Source of the DNA: a virus
Taxonomy: Duplodnaviria > Heunggongvirae > Uroviricota > Caudoviricetes
Virus record (IMG/VR): IMGVR_UViG_2939142107_000008
Reading direction: 5' to 3' (one strand)
DNA: 24,586 nucleotides
A program made the position numbers and the translations under genes. Shown here piece by piece: positions 1-8,988 of the stretch (the first letter of the stretch is position 1; each line of letters starts with the position of its first letter). Below the pieces are notes generated by a model. That model searched no databases, was not told the origin of the DNA, and saw nothing but the letters and a program-made list of their open reading frames with translations.

Positions 1-780
1 ATGGAAAACAAAAAAAGTTGCGTTTATTGTAAAAGCACAACAAACTTAACTAAAGAACATATTTTCCCTTCAGCAATAATTAAAAGTTTTAATGTTGAAC
101 TTTTATCGATGACTGATAAGAGTGACTACCATTTTAAAGGCGATCCAGTTATTGGGGATGTATGCGCTGAGTGTAATAATGGAATACTGTCGCAACTAGA
201 TGCTGATTTCGTAACTTGTTTTAAAAATCAGATGCTAACACCTTTAAAACCCGGAAATGAAATAACATTTGAATATGAATATGATTTATTATTACGTGAA
301 CTTCTAAAGATATCATATAATTCAGCGAGGGCATCAAATGGTGGTTATAATGCCAGAGCCATTTTAGAAAAATACATACCATTCATAATCACTGGCAATA
401 AAAACAAAAATGTAGATAGTATAATTCTTTCCCTTCTAATTGTAACTTCTGCAAATATGGTTAATCTGGAAACTGGTAAACATGAAGAGCCTTTAGAACC
501 ATATCTATTAAGAAGCGCATCGATTGATGGTTTAAACCTCAACCCTAACAATTATATTGTTAGGATGGTTGCATTTAATAGCTTTTGGTTTTTTTTGTTA
601 ATTCCAAAGAGGCCAGTTACATCCAAAGTGAAAAAAGAATTTTGGGATGAATTTAAAAGAAAAAATCATCTGCATGGAGTTTTGTTAAAAAGAAACAACA
701 CGTCAATAAAGATCACAAAAGATAAAACGACATATTTGCATCCTGACTTAATAGAAAAGATGTGGCGAAAAATAAAGTAG
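1..780 (+). CDS. HNH-motif nuclease-domain protein (259 aa), possible stand-alone abortive-infection/defence gene
   Basis: N-terminal CxxC...EHIFP...CAECNNG (C-x2-C, E-H, C-x2-C-N) is a classic HNH zinc-finger nuclease signature; remainder has no recognisable motifs; very AT-rich codon usage unlike the phage core; ORF begins exactly at window position 1 so upstream context is unseen. Confidence 0.55.
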   Translation: MENKKSCVYCKSTTNLTKEHIFPSAIIKSFNVELLSMTDKSDYHFKGDPVIGDVCAECNNGILSQLDADFVTCFKNQMLTPLKPGNEITFEYEYDLLLRELLKISYNSARASNGGYNARAILEKYIPFIITGNKNKNVDSIILSLLIVTSANMVNLETGKHEEPLEPYLLRSASIDGLNLNPNNYIVRMVAFNSFWFFLLIPKRPVTSKVKKEFWDEFKRKNHLHGVLLKRNNTSIKITKDKTTYLHPDLIEKMWRKIK

Positions 781-1040
781 AACAAATTTTCCAGTTGACA
801 ATACCAAAAATAATTAATGGGGACTAGGTTAAATGACGCAGTGGAACAAACTCACCAGAGAAGAAAATTAATGGTATTAATGTTCAATGTGTTCATTACT
901 GTAACCTAGCCCCTACTAATTTATTCACTATATTGCTGAGTATGTCCGCATCTGGCACATAGCAGCCCTAGAGATAGGAGCACACAGTCATAGATGGTCG
1001 GTGGGAGGTAGTGAAAATCCTCTCATACAATAAATACGTA

Positions 1041-1130
1041 AAATCGATAACGGCAAGAGACCTTTCAATACTCGCACTATCGGAAGTTAACCAACCTGCC
1101 ACAGCACGTTCTCGCATACACGTGTCTGCG
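1041..1130. repeat. Copy A of ~90-bp imperfect direct repeat (partner at 3298..3388)
   Basis: aaatcgataacggc...cgcactatcg...gcatacacgtgtctgcg aligns colinearly with 3298..3388 at roughly three-quarters identity by eye; lies in the intergenic region 3' of the ATPase/RloB operon. Confidence 0.6.
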
Positions 1131-1194
1131 CCCCCCCCCCTCCATCAATCATAATCAGATAGAGCCAAAAAACAAAAACAAAAACAAAAAAAAC
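1131..1194. repeat. C10 homopolymer followed by A-rich (AAAAAC)n microsatellite
   Basis: Ten consecutive C at 1131..1140 directly abutting repeat copy A; aaaaaacaaaaacaaaaacaaaaaaaac at 1167..1194. Confidence 0.8.
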
Positions 1195-1391
1195 ATCAAG
1201 TTACAACAATAAAAAAGACGCCAGTCAACCGATGATGAAACAAATGAGGATACGCAAAGGAGCCGCAGCTCCCTAGTAATATGAAAGCCCAGACCATCAA
1301 AGCAGAAGACTGTTAAAATATCAAAAACCCGTTATCCGCTGAAACACAGTACTACTTTGTTTAAGTTAACGATATTGCCTCAAGGGCAGTT

Positions 1392-1925
1392 TTAAAATAC
1401 GGTGAATACATCACACAGGTCCGATAAAACTTCTCGACAAACATGCCTATGATCGCTGAGCACAGAGTTTATATGCTGAAGTGTTATATACTCTTCATAC
1501 CATTCTTGTGTTACAACATTTTTCAAATTATAGAGCCTGTGAAATGACTCTTTTGCCTCCTGCGAATTAACAAATTGTTGATTATGCCCCATTAACCTCA
1601 TTAAAAACCCCTCCAAACAAAATGGTGAGGATTGAATGATTTGTATGTCTCTATTTCTAGCAGCAGATAGAGCATCAGTAGGTATTGCAAGGTCTGAGTC
1701 AATAAAAACAACTCTTTTATCAAAACTACCAGCATGGTTTATAGCAGCCATTATAGCTGATTTCGGTCCTCCACCGCCGGCATCATCTAACCTAACACTA
1801 AACCCTGCAGTCCTAGTTGTTAAGAGTCGTTTTAAACAATCAGCAAATCTTTTATCAGTAATTCCTTCGCACATCAAAAGCTTAGTTCGTTCAACTCCAC
1901 GCTTTACACGTCTGGGCTTCATCAT
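1392..1925 (-). CDS. RloB/Toprim-like small protein (177 aa), putative nuclease partner of upstream ATPase
   Basis: N-terminal LLMCEGITDKRF resembles the CEGxxTE motif I recall for RloB-family proteins; later VVFIDSD gives a Toprim-like E...DxD arrangement; start ATGATG overlaps stop of the ATPase gene (1922..1925), implying an operon. Confidence 0.5.
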   Translation of the reverse strand: MMKPRRVKRGVERTKLLMCEGITDKRFADCLKRLLTTRTAGFSVRLDDAGGGGPKSAIMAAINHAGSFDKRVVFIDSDLAIPTDALSAARNRDIQIIQSSPFCLEGFLMRLMGHNQQFVNSQEAKESFHRLYNLKNVVTQEWYEEYITLQHINSVLSDHRHVCREVLSDLCDVFTVF

Positions 1926-3196
1926 AAGTCTGGTACTCCTCCAAAAGCACCAGCTAAATATTTAGCCGCAATATTATCGTCGACTCGCGCCTCACTGGAT
2001 GGAAAATCATCAAGTCGATAACATTCACTTCTATTGAATTTTTTCTCAGTAATCAACACACGGTACTTACCCAAATAATTTATCAATTCGGGTTTATGAC
2101 AAGTAAAAATTAACTGTGCATGTAACGGGTTTGTTTCTTTACTGATAAACAACTCTAATATAGGTTTAACCATATGTGGGTGCAAATCATCACCAAGTTC
2201 ATCAATAAAGCATGCTGTTCCTTTTTTCAGACATTGCATAATATTATGCAATCTGATAAATGCACTTTGTGTTCCAGCAGATTCGAATGCAAAGGGTAAC
2301 TCAAACTTGGAACCATCTTCTTTTTCATGAATACCATTTATAATATAATAAACATCCTTCTCACCGTTTATATCAACTTTCTCTTCTTTTTCTATAGTTA
2401 TATCATCTAAACCTAAATCCCATTTGCGTAAAATATTTTTTACACTTTTAAAGGCTACTGGATCTTTATATAAATCCTCCGCTGTCGCACCTAAATCTCC
2501 ATAATCATAGCTATACCTTCCCATAGCATTTACATTAGTAGTACTGCTCATTTTTTCGGCTATATCTATAGCCAAAGGAACACCTACACGGCGAGCTGCA
2601 GAAATTATACTTGTATTAGCAGGAGTTCTCTTACCCTCTAAAAGACCTAAAGGAAAAAGTTCTGCTTTTTCAACATAATCATATTTAATTGTTTTTAACA
2701 GTTCTTCAACTTCTTGATGACTAAAATCATCACTACAATTATTTAACTGTTTCTCATAATTTTCTTTATCCAACTTCCTTTTAAAAACATAGATATTTTT
2801 ATTTTTCTCATTTCTTACATACAATTCTTCTTTAATGACAAAATGGTCGCAGGCCGTAACAACATATGTGTATACTTTTCCATCTAAAACAAAACATATT
2901 TTAATCATACCTGGTTTTGTAAAAGGCCGATTAATGTTTAAATACAGATAATCAGTTACTTTTGCTGGTATAGACCAAAAAAACCAACTCAAGAAAGACA
3001 TTGGTTTAAGGAGTGTTGTCTTACCGGAGGCGTTCGCCCCCATGATAGCAGTAATCAGATTGACCTTGTGTCCATCTACATCTACCCACAGTTCTTTTTT
3101 CTTATCTTTAGCTGTAGTAGTTAGGTCTACGAACCCACCTTCATCTTCAAAGCTACCGATATTCTTAATCTCATACCAAAGTATAGCGTTAGCCAT
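1922..3196 (-). CDS. ABC-type ATPase (AAA_15/AAA_21-like, 424 aa), OLD/AbiLi/PARIS-AriA-like
   Basis: Walker A GANASGKTT near N-terminus; distal FESAGTQSAF, Walker B-like ACFIDELGDD and downstream H (FTCHKPE) consistent with split ABC ATPase fold; RBS agagggg upstream of ATG; AT-rich. Confidence 0.6.
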   Translation of the reverse strand: MANAILWYEIKNIGSFEDEGGFVDLTTTAKDKKKELWVDVDGHKVNLITAIMGANASGKTTLLKPMSFLSWFFWSIPAKVTDYLYLNINRPFTKPGMIKICFVLDGKVYTYVVTACDHFVIKEELYVRNEKNKNIYVFKRKLDKENYEKQLNNCSDDFSHQEVEELLKTIKYDYVEKAELFPLGLLEGKRTPANTSIISAARRVGVPLAIDIAEKMSSTTNVNAMGRYSYDYGDLGATAEDLYKDPVAFKSVKNILRKWDLGLDDITIEKEEKVDINGEKDVYYIINGIHEKEDGSKFELPFAFESAGTQSAFIRLHNIMQCLKKGTACFIDELGDDLHPHMVKPILELFISKETNPLHAQLIFTCHKPELINYLGKYRVLITEKKFNRSECYRLDDFPSSEARVDDNIAAKYLAGAFGGVPDL

Positions 3197-3297
3197 AACC
3201 CCTCTTTTTATACAAAAAAATGTTCAAAATCGCCACATGCTGAGTTTATAGCAGGAAGCGTATATAGCAAGCAAAAAAACATAGACATGATTTAGTT

Positions 3298-3388
3298 AAA
3301 TCGATAACGGCCGGAAATCATTCAATTCCCGCACTATCGAACGTTCACCAGCCAACCGCAAAACGTTATTGCATACAACGTTTCTGCG
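3298..3388. repeat. Copy B of ~90-bp imperfect direct repeat (partner at 1041..1130)
   Basis: Same motif order as copy A (aaatcgataacggc / cgcactatcg / gcatacaacgtttctgcg); located between tail-fibre stop and ATPase start. Confidence 0.6.
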
Positions 3389-3586
3389 GCATAATCCCAA
3401 TGATTACTCCCTGACAGGATTTGCAGGCCACTCAATATCAGGTGCAGTTGATGTATCAACACGGTTCAGCAACACCCGATACTTTTTCCAGGCTTCCAGC
3501 AACAAGGTTTCTTTCTCCGTTGCGATCTCCAGCTCAACAACAGTCTGAACGTACCGGGAACAGCCTCCTTCAGAGCTTGAAGGATA

Positions 3587-6154
3587 TCAATGTTCGCTTC
3601 CTGTTAACTGCCGGACAAGTGCAACCAGTTCGCTTACCTGATTTTCCAGAGTGCTGATCCGGGTGTCTGCTGTTGCCAGATTTTCACGTAGCGTTGTGTT
3701 TTCCTCTTCCAGCGCGGTAACGCGATCATCTGTTTCACGGGCGACCTGAACAAGTAAACCCGTCACGGCGGCGTAGTCAACATTAAGATAGCGCGTTTCT
3801 TCGCGTAGCTCGTTGCCGTCAACGGTCGGGCCTTGCAACTCTTCACCGTAATGAGTAAACGATCCCACAGCTTCTGGTATCGCCTCCATTACTTCCTGTG
3901 CAATAACGCCAGCATAAGGCATCCCGTTTTCCCTGAGCGTGTAGGTGTATCCGTTCATTTTACGGATTGCTTTCGTCGCGTCGCTGATAACGAGAATATC
4001 GTCTTTAAGGTCGCGGTCTGATGACTGATTCAGCGTTGTGCAATTAATAGCGCCATTTACATCAAACAACTGGCCTGCTGACGTTTTTTGCGCATAAAAC
4101 AGATACGCAGCAGACGTGCCAACCTCAAAAACGTTTTGTCGAGTACTGGAACCCCACACCCTGATACCAACTGGTAGTTCTGAATTACCTGAATTAAGTA
4201 AAGCAAAACGATTGCCAGTCCCTGTTTGTTTTCTAATTACTAAATCGGCAGTTGAGTTAACCTCATCTTTGTTGATGGTTAGCGCCTGTGCTGTAGCACC
4301 GTTGACAGTACCGCTTAGTAGTTGCACCGCGCCATCATCGCCATTTAACAGCACTTGAGCGCTGCTTCTGTGGTTTTTAAGGCACAACATTTTTCCCGTG
4401 TTTTTCGATGTACCTACTGACCACGCCGAATTGGTTCCAGTGCTATCAACACCGCGCACAGCACAATTCATACTACTGTAATCTGACGTACTCCCCAGCA
4501 CATCAACACGCCCGCCGCCTAATTTTGATGGAGTCGTCGAGGTTAACGACCTGACGGTTACATCCTGATTCCATCCTGAAACAACTACCTGACTCCACTC
4601 CGTCCAACTTCCATTGACAACAAAGCGAACGTATATGCGTTTTGTGTCGCTGCCAATCAGCGTTTGCATGATCGCATAATCTGAACCCGTAGTTTTACGA
4701 GTAGATTCTACACGTAGCAAAAAGTTACCGCTTACGCCGTCAGGCTTATTGGTAATATATGCACCACCTGCGACAGTTTTGCATTGATAGTATTTAACAG
4801 ATCCAGCCACTGTATTAGCAATGATCAAGTCGTTTAAATCAATAGTCTTGTTGTCAATGGTTTCCGGCTCGATAGATCCCGCCATACCTGCGTTAAATGT
4901 GGCAAGGTCAGAAAAGGTTGTTTTACCGCCTACCGTCACCCCGCTATCGAGTTTTGCTTGTGTGATTACTTTGCTGTTTTTTGTGTGGTCAGAATAACTA
5001 CCAAAATACAAATCACCGTCACCAGCTATACCCAGGTATTTTTGATCAACATCATCAACCTTAAACCCAATGGACAAGTTTTTAATTGTGTTGTTGCTCG
5101 TTAAAACCAAAGGCGTATGCTGAGATCCTTTGATGCTTACCGTAGTGTTATCGGAACTGGTGCTTGTGTTTGCAAATTCTGCGGTGGCTGCGCTGATTTT
5201 GTAAGTTATTTTTAGATTGCGGGCCTCAACCCTCCCGTCGTGGCGAACAATAAAATCACCACTTGATTCACCTTTTGTGTTTTTCGCCCTGATGTGGATT
5301 TCGCCAAGTGATTCGTTGTTTTCAGGCGACCAAACAACGCCGCGCTCGCTTCCGTCGTTGTTCATGAACCACAGATGAGCGGTTCCTTTTGCTGATTTTA
5401 GCCTGATAGATGGCGTTTCTTTCAATATATCAAGATCACCAGACATAACATCGCCGGATTTTTTCACCTGCGCATCGTTAGTTACGTTGCCAAGTCCAAC
5501 ATCCGATTTCGACGGCTTGTTTGCCGAGCCGTATAGCTCATTGATGCTAAAAGTCCCGTTGTTAAGCCGGGCATCGTTGCCGGCATAGATCTTAATCTTC
5601 GCGGTTGAGTAGTCGATATTGATCGCTGACCACGTATCGCCGCACCGCGAGAATATACCAGAACCGTGGCTATAAATGGTCGCCGTGCTTCCGGTCGGCC
5701 TATCACCGCGCCAGAAATGACCACCTTTGTCACGCAGAGCTTTTAAGATCTCTACATCGCTCATCTTGCCGTTTGTTGATATCCCGCTACCGCCAAGACC
5801 GAAAGCGCCTGTAAGCATAGCATTAGAAAGACCCAAATCTGCTTTAGTCGGCTTGTTTAACTGGTCGTAAATCCTTACAACGGGGCTTTCAACATATCCA
5901 GAAGGCGCGGCGGTTTGCTTAACAAATCCGTCTGGAATGTATAATTCCGTGCGTGCCGTCTGCGCCAGTACCGCAACCTTCAGGGGTATCCCTTTCACCT
6001 GGTTATCTCCCGCAACGGTATTCCCGGCAACCTGCCGGGTGGCAACCGAGACCGCTTTCTGTGCCACACGGTTTATCGCCCATGCGCTGGCCTGTGGCAC
6101 CATACGGGTATCAAGGCTGTTCAGATTGCGGATGGCATTCTCAAGCCCCTTCAT
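3587..6154 (-). CDS. Phage tail fibre/tail spike (855 aa) with C-terminal intramolecular-chaperone (peptidase S74-like) autoproteolytic domain
   Basis: Fibre-repeat-like segment (LGNVTNDAQVKKSGDVMSGDLDI); C-terminus SDRDLKDDILV...GYTYTL...GVIAQEVMEAIPEAV...YLNVDYAAVTGLLVQ matches the S-x4-K dyad and conserved blocks of self-cleaving C-terminal chaperone domains of endosialidase-type fibres; GAGG RBS. Confidence 0.8.
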   Translation of the reverse strand: MKGLENAIRNLNSLDTRMVPQASAWAINRVAQKAVSVATRQVAGNTVAGDNQVKGIPLKVAVLAQTARTELYIPDGFVKQTAAPSGYVESPVVRIYDQLNKPTKADLGLSNAMLTGAFGLGGSGISTNGKMSDVEILKALRDKGGHFWRGDRPTGSTATIYSHGSGIFSRCGDTWSAINIDYSTAKIKIYAGNDARLNNGTFSINELYGSANKPSKSDVGLGNVTNDAQVKKSGDVMSGDLDILKETPSIRLKSAKGTAHLWFMNNDGSERGVVWSPENNESLGEIHIRAKNTKGESSGDFIVRHDGRVEARNLKITYKISAATAEFANTSTSSDNTTVSIKGSQHTPLVLTSNNTIKNLSIGFKVDDVDQKYLGIAGDGDLYFGSYSDHTKNSKVITQAKLDSGVTVGGKTTFSDLATFNAGMAGSIEPETIDNKTIDLNDLIIANTVAGSVKYYQCKTVAGGAYITNKPDGVSGNFLLRVESTRKTTGSDYAIMQTLIGSDTKRIYVRFVVNGSWTEWSQVVVSGWNQDVTVRSLTSTTPSKLGGGRVDVLGSTSDYSSMNCAVRGVDSTGTNSAWSVGTSKNTGKMLCLKNHRSSAQVLLNGDDGAVQLLSGTVNGATAQALTINKDEVNSTADLVIRKQTGTGNRFALLNSGNSELPVGIRVWGSSTRQNVFEVGTSAAYLFYAQKTSAGQLFDVNGAINCTTLNQSSDRDLKDDILVISDATKAIRKMNGYTYTLRENGMPYAGVIAQEVMEAIPEAVGSFTHYGEELQGPTVDGNELREETRYLNVDYAAVTGLLVQVARETDDRVTALEEENTTLRENLATADTRISTLENQVSELVALVRQLTGSEH

Positions 6155-6165
6155 CCCACACCTCT

Positions 6166-6441
6166 TTACTCAATAAAGATCATTGGCTTACCGTTAAAAC
6201 GTTCATGCCGTGTGACCGTCCATTGTTGTCCGTCATAAACAACGCGATCCCCGCGCCGTGGGCGGTATCCCGAAGAAAACACCACCAGAGAGACCGCAGG
6301 TCCGGACAGAGCATTCAGCTCTGCCAGTGTTTCGCCCGGGATCACAGCCATATCGACATCATTAATCGAGGCTGTCTTTCCCATCTTTCTGACCGTGATC
6401 GCATCCATACGCGCTGCCAGCCGGGAAAAGGGATCAGACAT
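6166..6441 (-). CDS. Small phage head-completion/head-tail joining-like protein (91 aa), hypothetical
   Basis: Position between head genes and fibre; 8-nt overlap with upstream gene suggests translational coupling; no diagnostic motif. Confidence 0.4.
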   Translation of the reverse strand: MSDPFSRLAARMDAITVRKMGKTASINDVDMAVIPGETLAELNALSGPAVSLVVFSSGYRPRRGDRVVYDGQQWTVTRHERFNGKPMIFIE

Positions 6442-6757
6442 TGAGTTTTACCGGCACTTCTTCTGCACTGGTTCCGGCATCTGCCCAGACAACCCCGACC
6501 AGCGGATCAGAGCCGCTGTTAGTCAGCTGAACTTTTCCGGACTTCAGATAAACCTTCTTACCCGTTTTCATGTCATCCGTTTTCAGTTTAGGCAGGATAA
6601 ACACACCTTCGGTCATGCCGTCGCCTGTTTCACCCTGTGGAATATCGGTCAGCGCCACCGCAAAAACATCACCCACCTGCACCAGATCTCCGCTGCTGAT
6701 GGCTGCACTGGCAACAATCGCCACCGTTTTTCCTTCTTCTACAAAATTCTTTGCCAT
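6434..6757 (-). CDS. Small head-associated protein (107 aa from MAKNF start), hypothetical
   Basis: Start chosen at internal ATG preceded by GGAG (tgcggagacagttATG); directly downstream of capsid gene. Confidence 0.4.
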   Translation of the reverse strand: MAKNFVEEGKTVAIVASAAISSGDLVQVGDVFAVALTDIPQGETGDGMTEGVFILPKLKTDDMKTGKKVYLKSGKVQLTNSGSDPLVGVVWADAGTSAEEVPVKLNV

Positions 6758-6770
6758 AACTGTCTCCGCA

Positions 6771-6820
6771 CAGCCCCGTTCAGGGGCTGATTTCAGGTAC
6801 AAAAAAAGCCCTTACGGGCC
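6771..6820 (-). terminator. Hairpin plus T-tract after capsid gene and GC-rich leader hairpin before next gene
   Basis: Minus-strand reading gcccgtaagggc followed by T7, then 7-bp GC stem cagcccc/ggggctg just 5' of the RBS; the first stem is only 4 bp so termination is probably partial. Confidence 0.35.
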
Positions 6821-6843
6821 ATCAGAGTTGTTGTCTGCGACGT

Positions 6844-8988
6844 TTACGCCGTACATTTCACCAGACCGCGGTGATCAACTGGCGCGACACCGGCGTCAAT
6901 ACGCACTTTCGTTGTCACGCCATCCACACTGAAGCCCTCCATCTGATCAATATATGGCGTATCCACACCGTTGAGATAAGCCACTTCAATCGTATCGGAG
7001 CCTTTTGACGCAGCCAGGTAGAAGGTGGTCTGGCTGTTATCATCAAGACGAGGCTCTGCAATAACGGTCGCAAAATCTTTCACCGGGTTAATAATACCGG
7101 CGTTAATGTCAGCCCCCTTGACACTTGAGGAGCGAATGACCTGGTTAGCAACAGACTCCATCGCCGTCGGTACCAGTACGAACGCAGGACGAATATTCAG
7201 ATGACGCTCCCCCTCTTTCTGAACGCGCATCAACTGGCGGGCTTTATCCAGCGATGCCACGTCCATTGCAGCGCTCTCCAGTACGTTTGCATGTTTCGCT
7301 TTATCGAACAGACTTACATTATCTGTGGAGATTTTCGGGTTAGACGTCAGAATGGCATAAACCAGATCGGCAATAGTGGATTTCGCCGCACGGCCCAGTT
7401 TCATCGGGACATCGGTCAGCATATTCAGATCATCATTGATAATGGCCTGACGGGTGATACTGAACAGCTCGCCATAGGTCGCCAGTGCAATAGTGGCCTG
7501 TTTATCTCCGGTGGTGACGTATTTATATTCCGCCCCTTCACGCACCTGACGCAGAGCACTGAAGCCCCCCATACCCACACGATGGGCAATTTTAAAATCA
7601 GACAACTGACCTTTCCGCGTCCACTGTTCATAGGTTTCAGGGGCATCTTCCCAGCCCTGCAGAATGGCTTTGTTCGCAACATCCAGCAGAATATTACCGA
7701 AGTCAGACGTACTGTGTGTGAACGCCGCACCGACCATCTGCATCGGGTTATAACCGGAAACCCCAATACCCCGTTCAGTCAGTGACATACGGGCATATTC
7801 ACGCAGGGTCATCCCGTTGTAGACATTATCACGTTCGGTTTTTTCAAATCCGGCACGCGCCATCAGCGCCTGGCGAATCCCGTCCCCCACAAAATTACCG
7901 TTACCGGCATAAATATGAGCCGGGGTATTTTTATTGGATGGCGTGGACTCGCGCCCCATCTCGTTCAACAGCTTTTCACGGGCCTGCTCCAGCGAACATT
8001 CAGGATCGGCAAGACACTGAGCCTGCAGCGTCTGATAACGCCCGCCAAACATGGCAAACAGATCATTAATACCGTTTACACGCGCTTTTTGCTCTGCCAG
8101 TACCTGTGCACGGATGCTGTTTTCATCCACCACGGGTGCTGCTGCCTGCACTGGCGTCCGGGAGGCTTCAGATTCATTATCCTGTACGCGTGGAGCACTG
8201 TTGCGTGGCGGAGTAATCATGTTTCGAATGGATTCCGGCATCTTTTTAAATTCCTCTGTACGTTTTGACTGAATACATGCCATTGCCTTAACGGCTGGCG
8301 TTACCTGATCAGCAAATCCATGTGCCAGACATTCGGCACCGGACATCCAGGTCTCATCCGCCAGCATGGCAGCAATTTCATCGGTGGTTTTCCCGGTTTT
8401 CTGTGCATAAGCGGGTAACAGAACCGCCTCAACTTTATCGAGCAGGTCGGCATAGGTGCGCATGTCCTCCGCATCACCGCCCGTAAAGCCAAATGGTTTA
8501 TGAATCATCATGAAGGTGTTTTCCGGCATAATGACCGGGTTTCCCACCATCGCAATGACCGACGCCATTGACGCCGCCACACCGTCGACATAAACGGTAA
8601 TGGACGCACCATGTGTTTTCAGCGCATTAAAAATGGCGATGCCTTCAAAGACATCGCCACCCACGTTGTAGACGAACGAGTAAAGAGCGCCGCGCGTTGT
8701 TTCCGGTATATCGACTTTGATGTACGGGTTAATTTGTCTGGCAACCGTGGCAAGGTCTTTATTCAGGAGGGCTTTGCATTCTGCTTCGGTATACGTTTTA
8801 CCGAGCATGATGTCTTTTCCGGTGTGTCCGTGACATACAGTCCATACGCCAACGATATCTTTGTATGGTATGTAGCTGACACCTTCCAGGCCATCGTCAC
8901 CACTTGGGCCAGTGATTAACACTGATGCTATAGCAATTGCTCCGCCACCAATAGCAGCAGCAACTGCTTTTCGTAATGATGGAGGCAT
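6844..8988 (-). CDS. Chimeric ORF: SAR-endolysin N-terminal fragment fused in frame to ClpP-like prohead protease and major capsid domain (714 aa)
   Basis: Residues 1 to ~88 ([30 protein letters not shown]...YSFVYNVGG) match my recollection of the phage 21 SAR endolysin, including the SAR helix and the E/D/T catalytic region; from [13 protein letters not shown] onward the sequence is ClpP-like (GxxASMASxIAMxG, MIHKP); C-terminal ~450 aa is capsid-sized and follows the protease as in protease-MCP fusions. Confidence 0.7.
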   Translation of the reverse strand: MPPSLRKAVAAAIGGGAIAIASVLITGPSGDDGLEGVSYIPYKDIVGVWTVCHGHTGKDIMLGKTYTEAECKALLNKDLATVARQINPYIKVDIPETTRGALYSFVYNVGGDVFEGIAIFNALKTHGASITVYVDGVAASMASVIAMVGNPVIMPENTFMMIHKPFGFTGGDAEDMRTYADLLDKVEAVLLPAYAQKTGKTTDEIAAMLADETWMSGAECLAHGFADQVTPAVKAMACIQSKRTEEFKKMPESIRNMITPPRNSAPRVQDNESEASRTPVQAAAPVVDENSIRAQVLAEQKARVNGINDLFAMFGGRYQTLQAQCLADPECSLEQAREKLLNEMGRESTPSNKNTPAHIYAGNGNFVGDGIRQALMARAGFEKTERDNVYNGMTLREYARMSLTERGIGVSGYNPMQMVGAAFTHSTSDFGNILLDVANKAILQGWEDAPETYEQWTRKGQLSDFKIAHRVGMGGFSALRQVREGAEYKYVTTGDKQATIALATYGELFSITRQAIINDDLNMLTDVPMKLGRAAKSTIADLVYAILTSNPKISTDNVSLFDKAKHANVLESAAMDVASLDKARQLMRVQKEGERHLNIRPAFVLVPTAMESVANQVIRSSSVKGADINAGIINPVKDFATVIAEPRLDDNSQTTFYLAASKGSDTIEVAYLNGVDTPYIDQMEGFSVDGVTTKVRIDAGVAPVDHRGLVKCTA
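8725..8988 (-). pseudogene. R: Truncated SAR endolysin (5' fragment, C-terminal ~75 aa missing)
   Basis: Endolysin-like sequence stops abruptly at ...YNVGG and continues as ClpP-like sequence; junction coordinate approximate (about aa 88). Confidence 0.6.

Noticed and set aside
781-1040. Second copy of the thrW 3' end (attL) marking the prophage left boundary
   Set aside because: Searched by eye for ggagtcgaacc / cgataataggag-type matches; only the unrelated cgataacgg motif of the 90-bp repeat was found, so the left att site is presumably outside the window
1636-1965. 109-aa plus-strand ORF antisense to the RloB-like gene
   Set aside because: Fully embedded in a better-supported minus-strand gene, no RBS, hydrophobic low-complexity translation; shadow ORF
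1-3196. Septu-like system (ATPase PtuA + HNH PtuB)
   Set aside because: The HNH gene is on the opposite strand, separated by ~600 bp and by the RloB-like gene; the ATPase is instead translationally coupled to the Toprim-like protein
5937-6444. Plus-strand ORFs (79 and 163 aa) over the tail-fibre 5' end and adjacent gene
   Set aside because: Cys/Pro/Arg-rich junk-like translations antisense to well-supported structural genes
7201-8272. Several plus- and minus-strand ORFs (63 to 194 aa) inside the protease/capsid gene
   Set aside because: Alternative frames of a long coding region with strong ClpP-like signal in the main frame; no independent evidence
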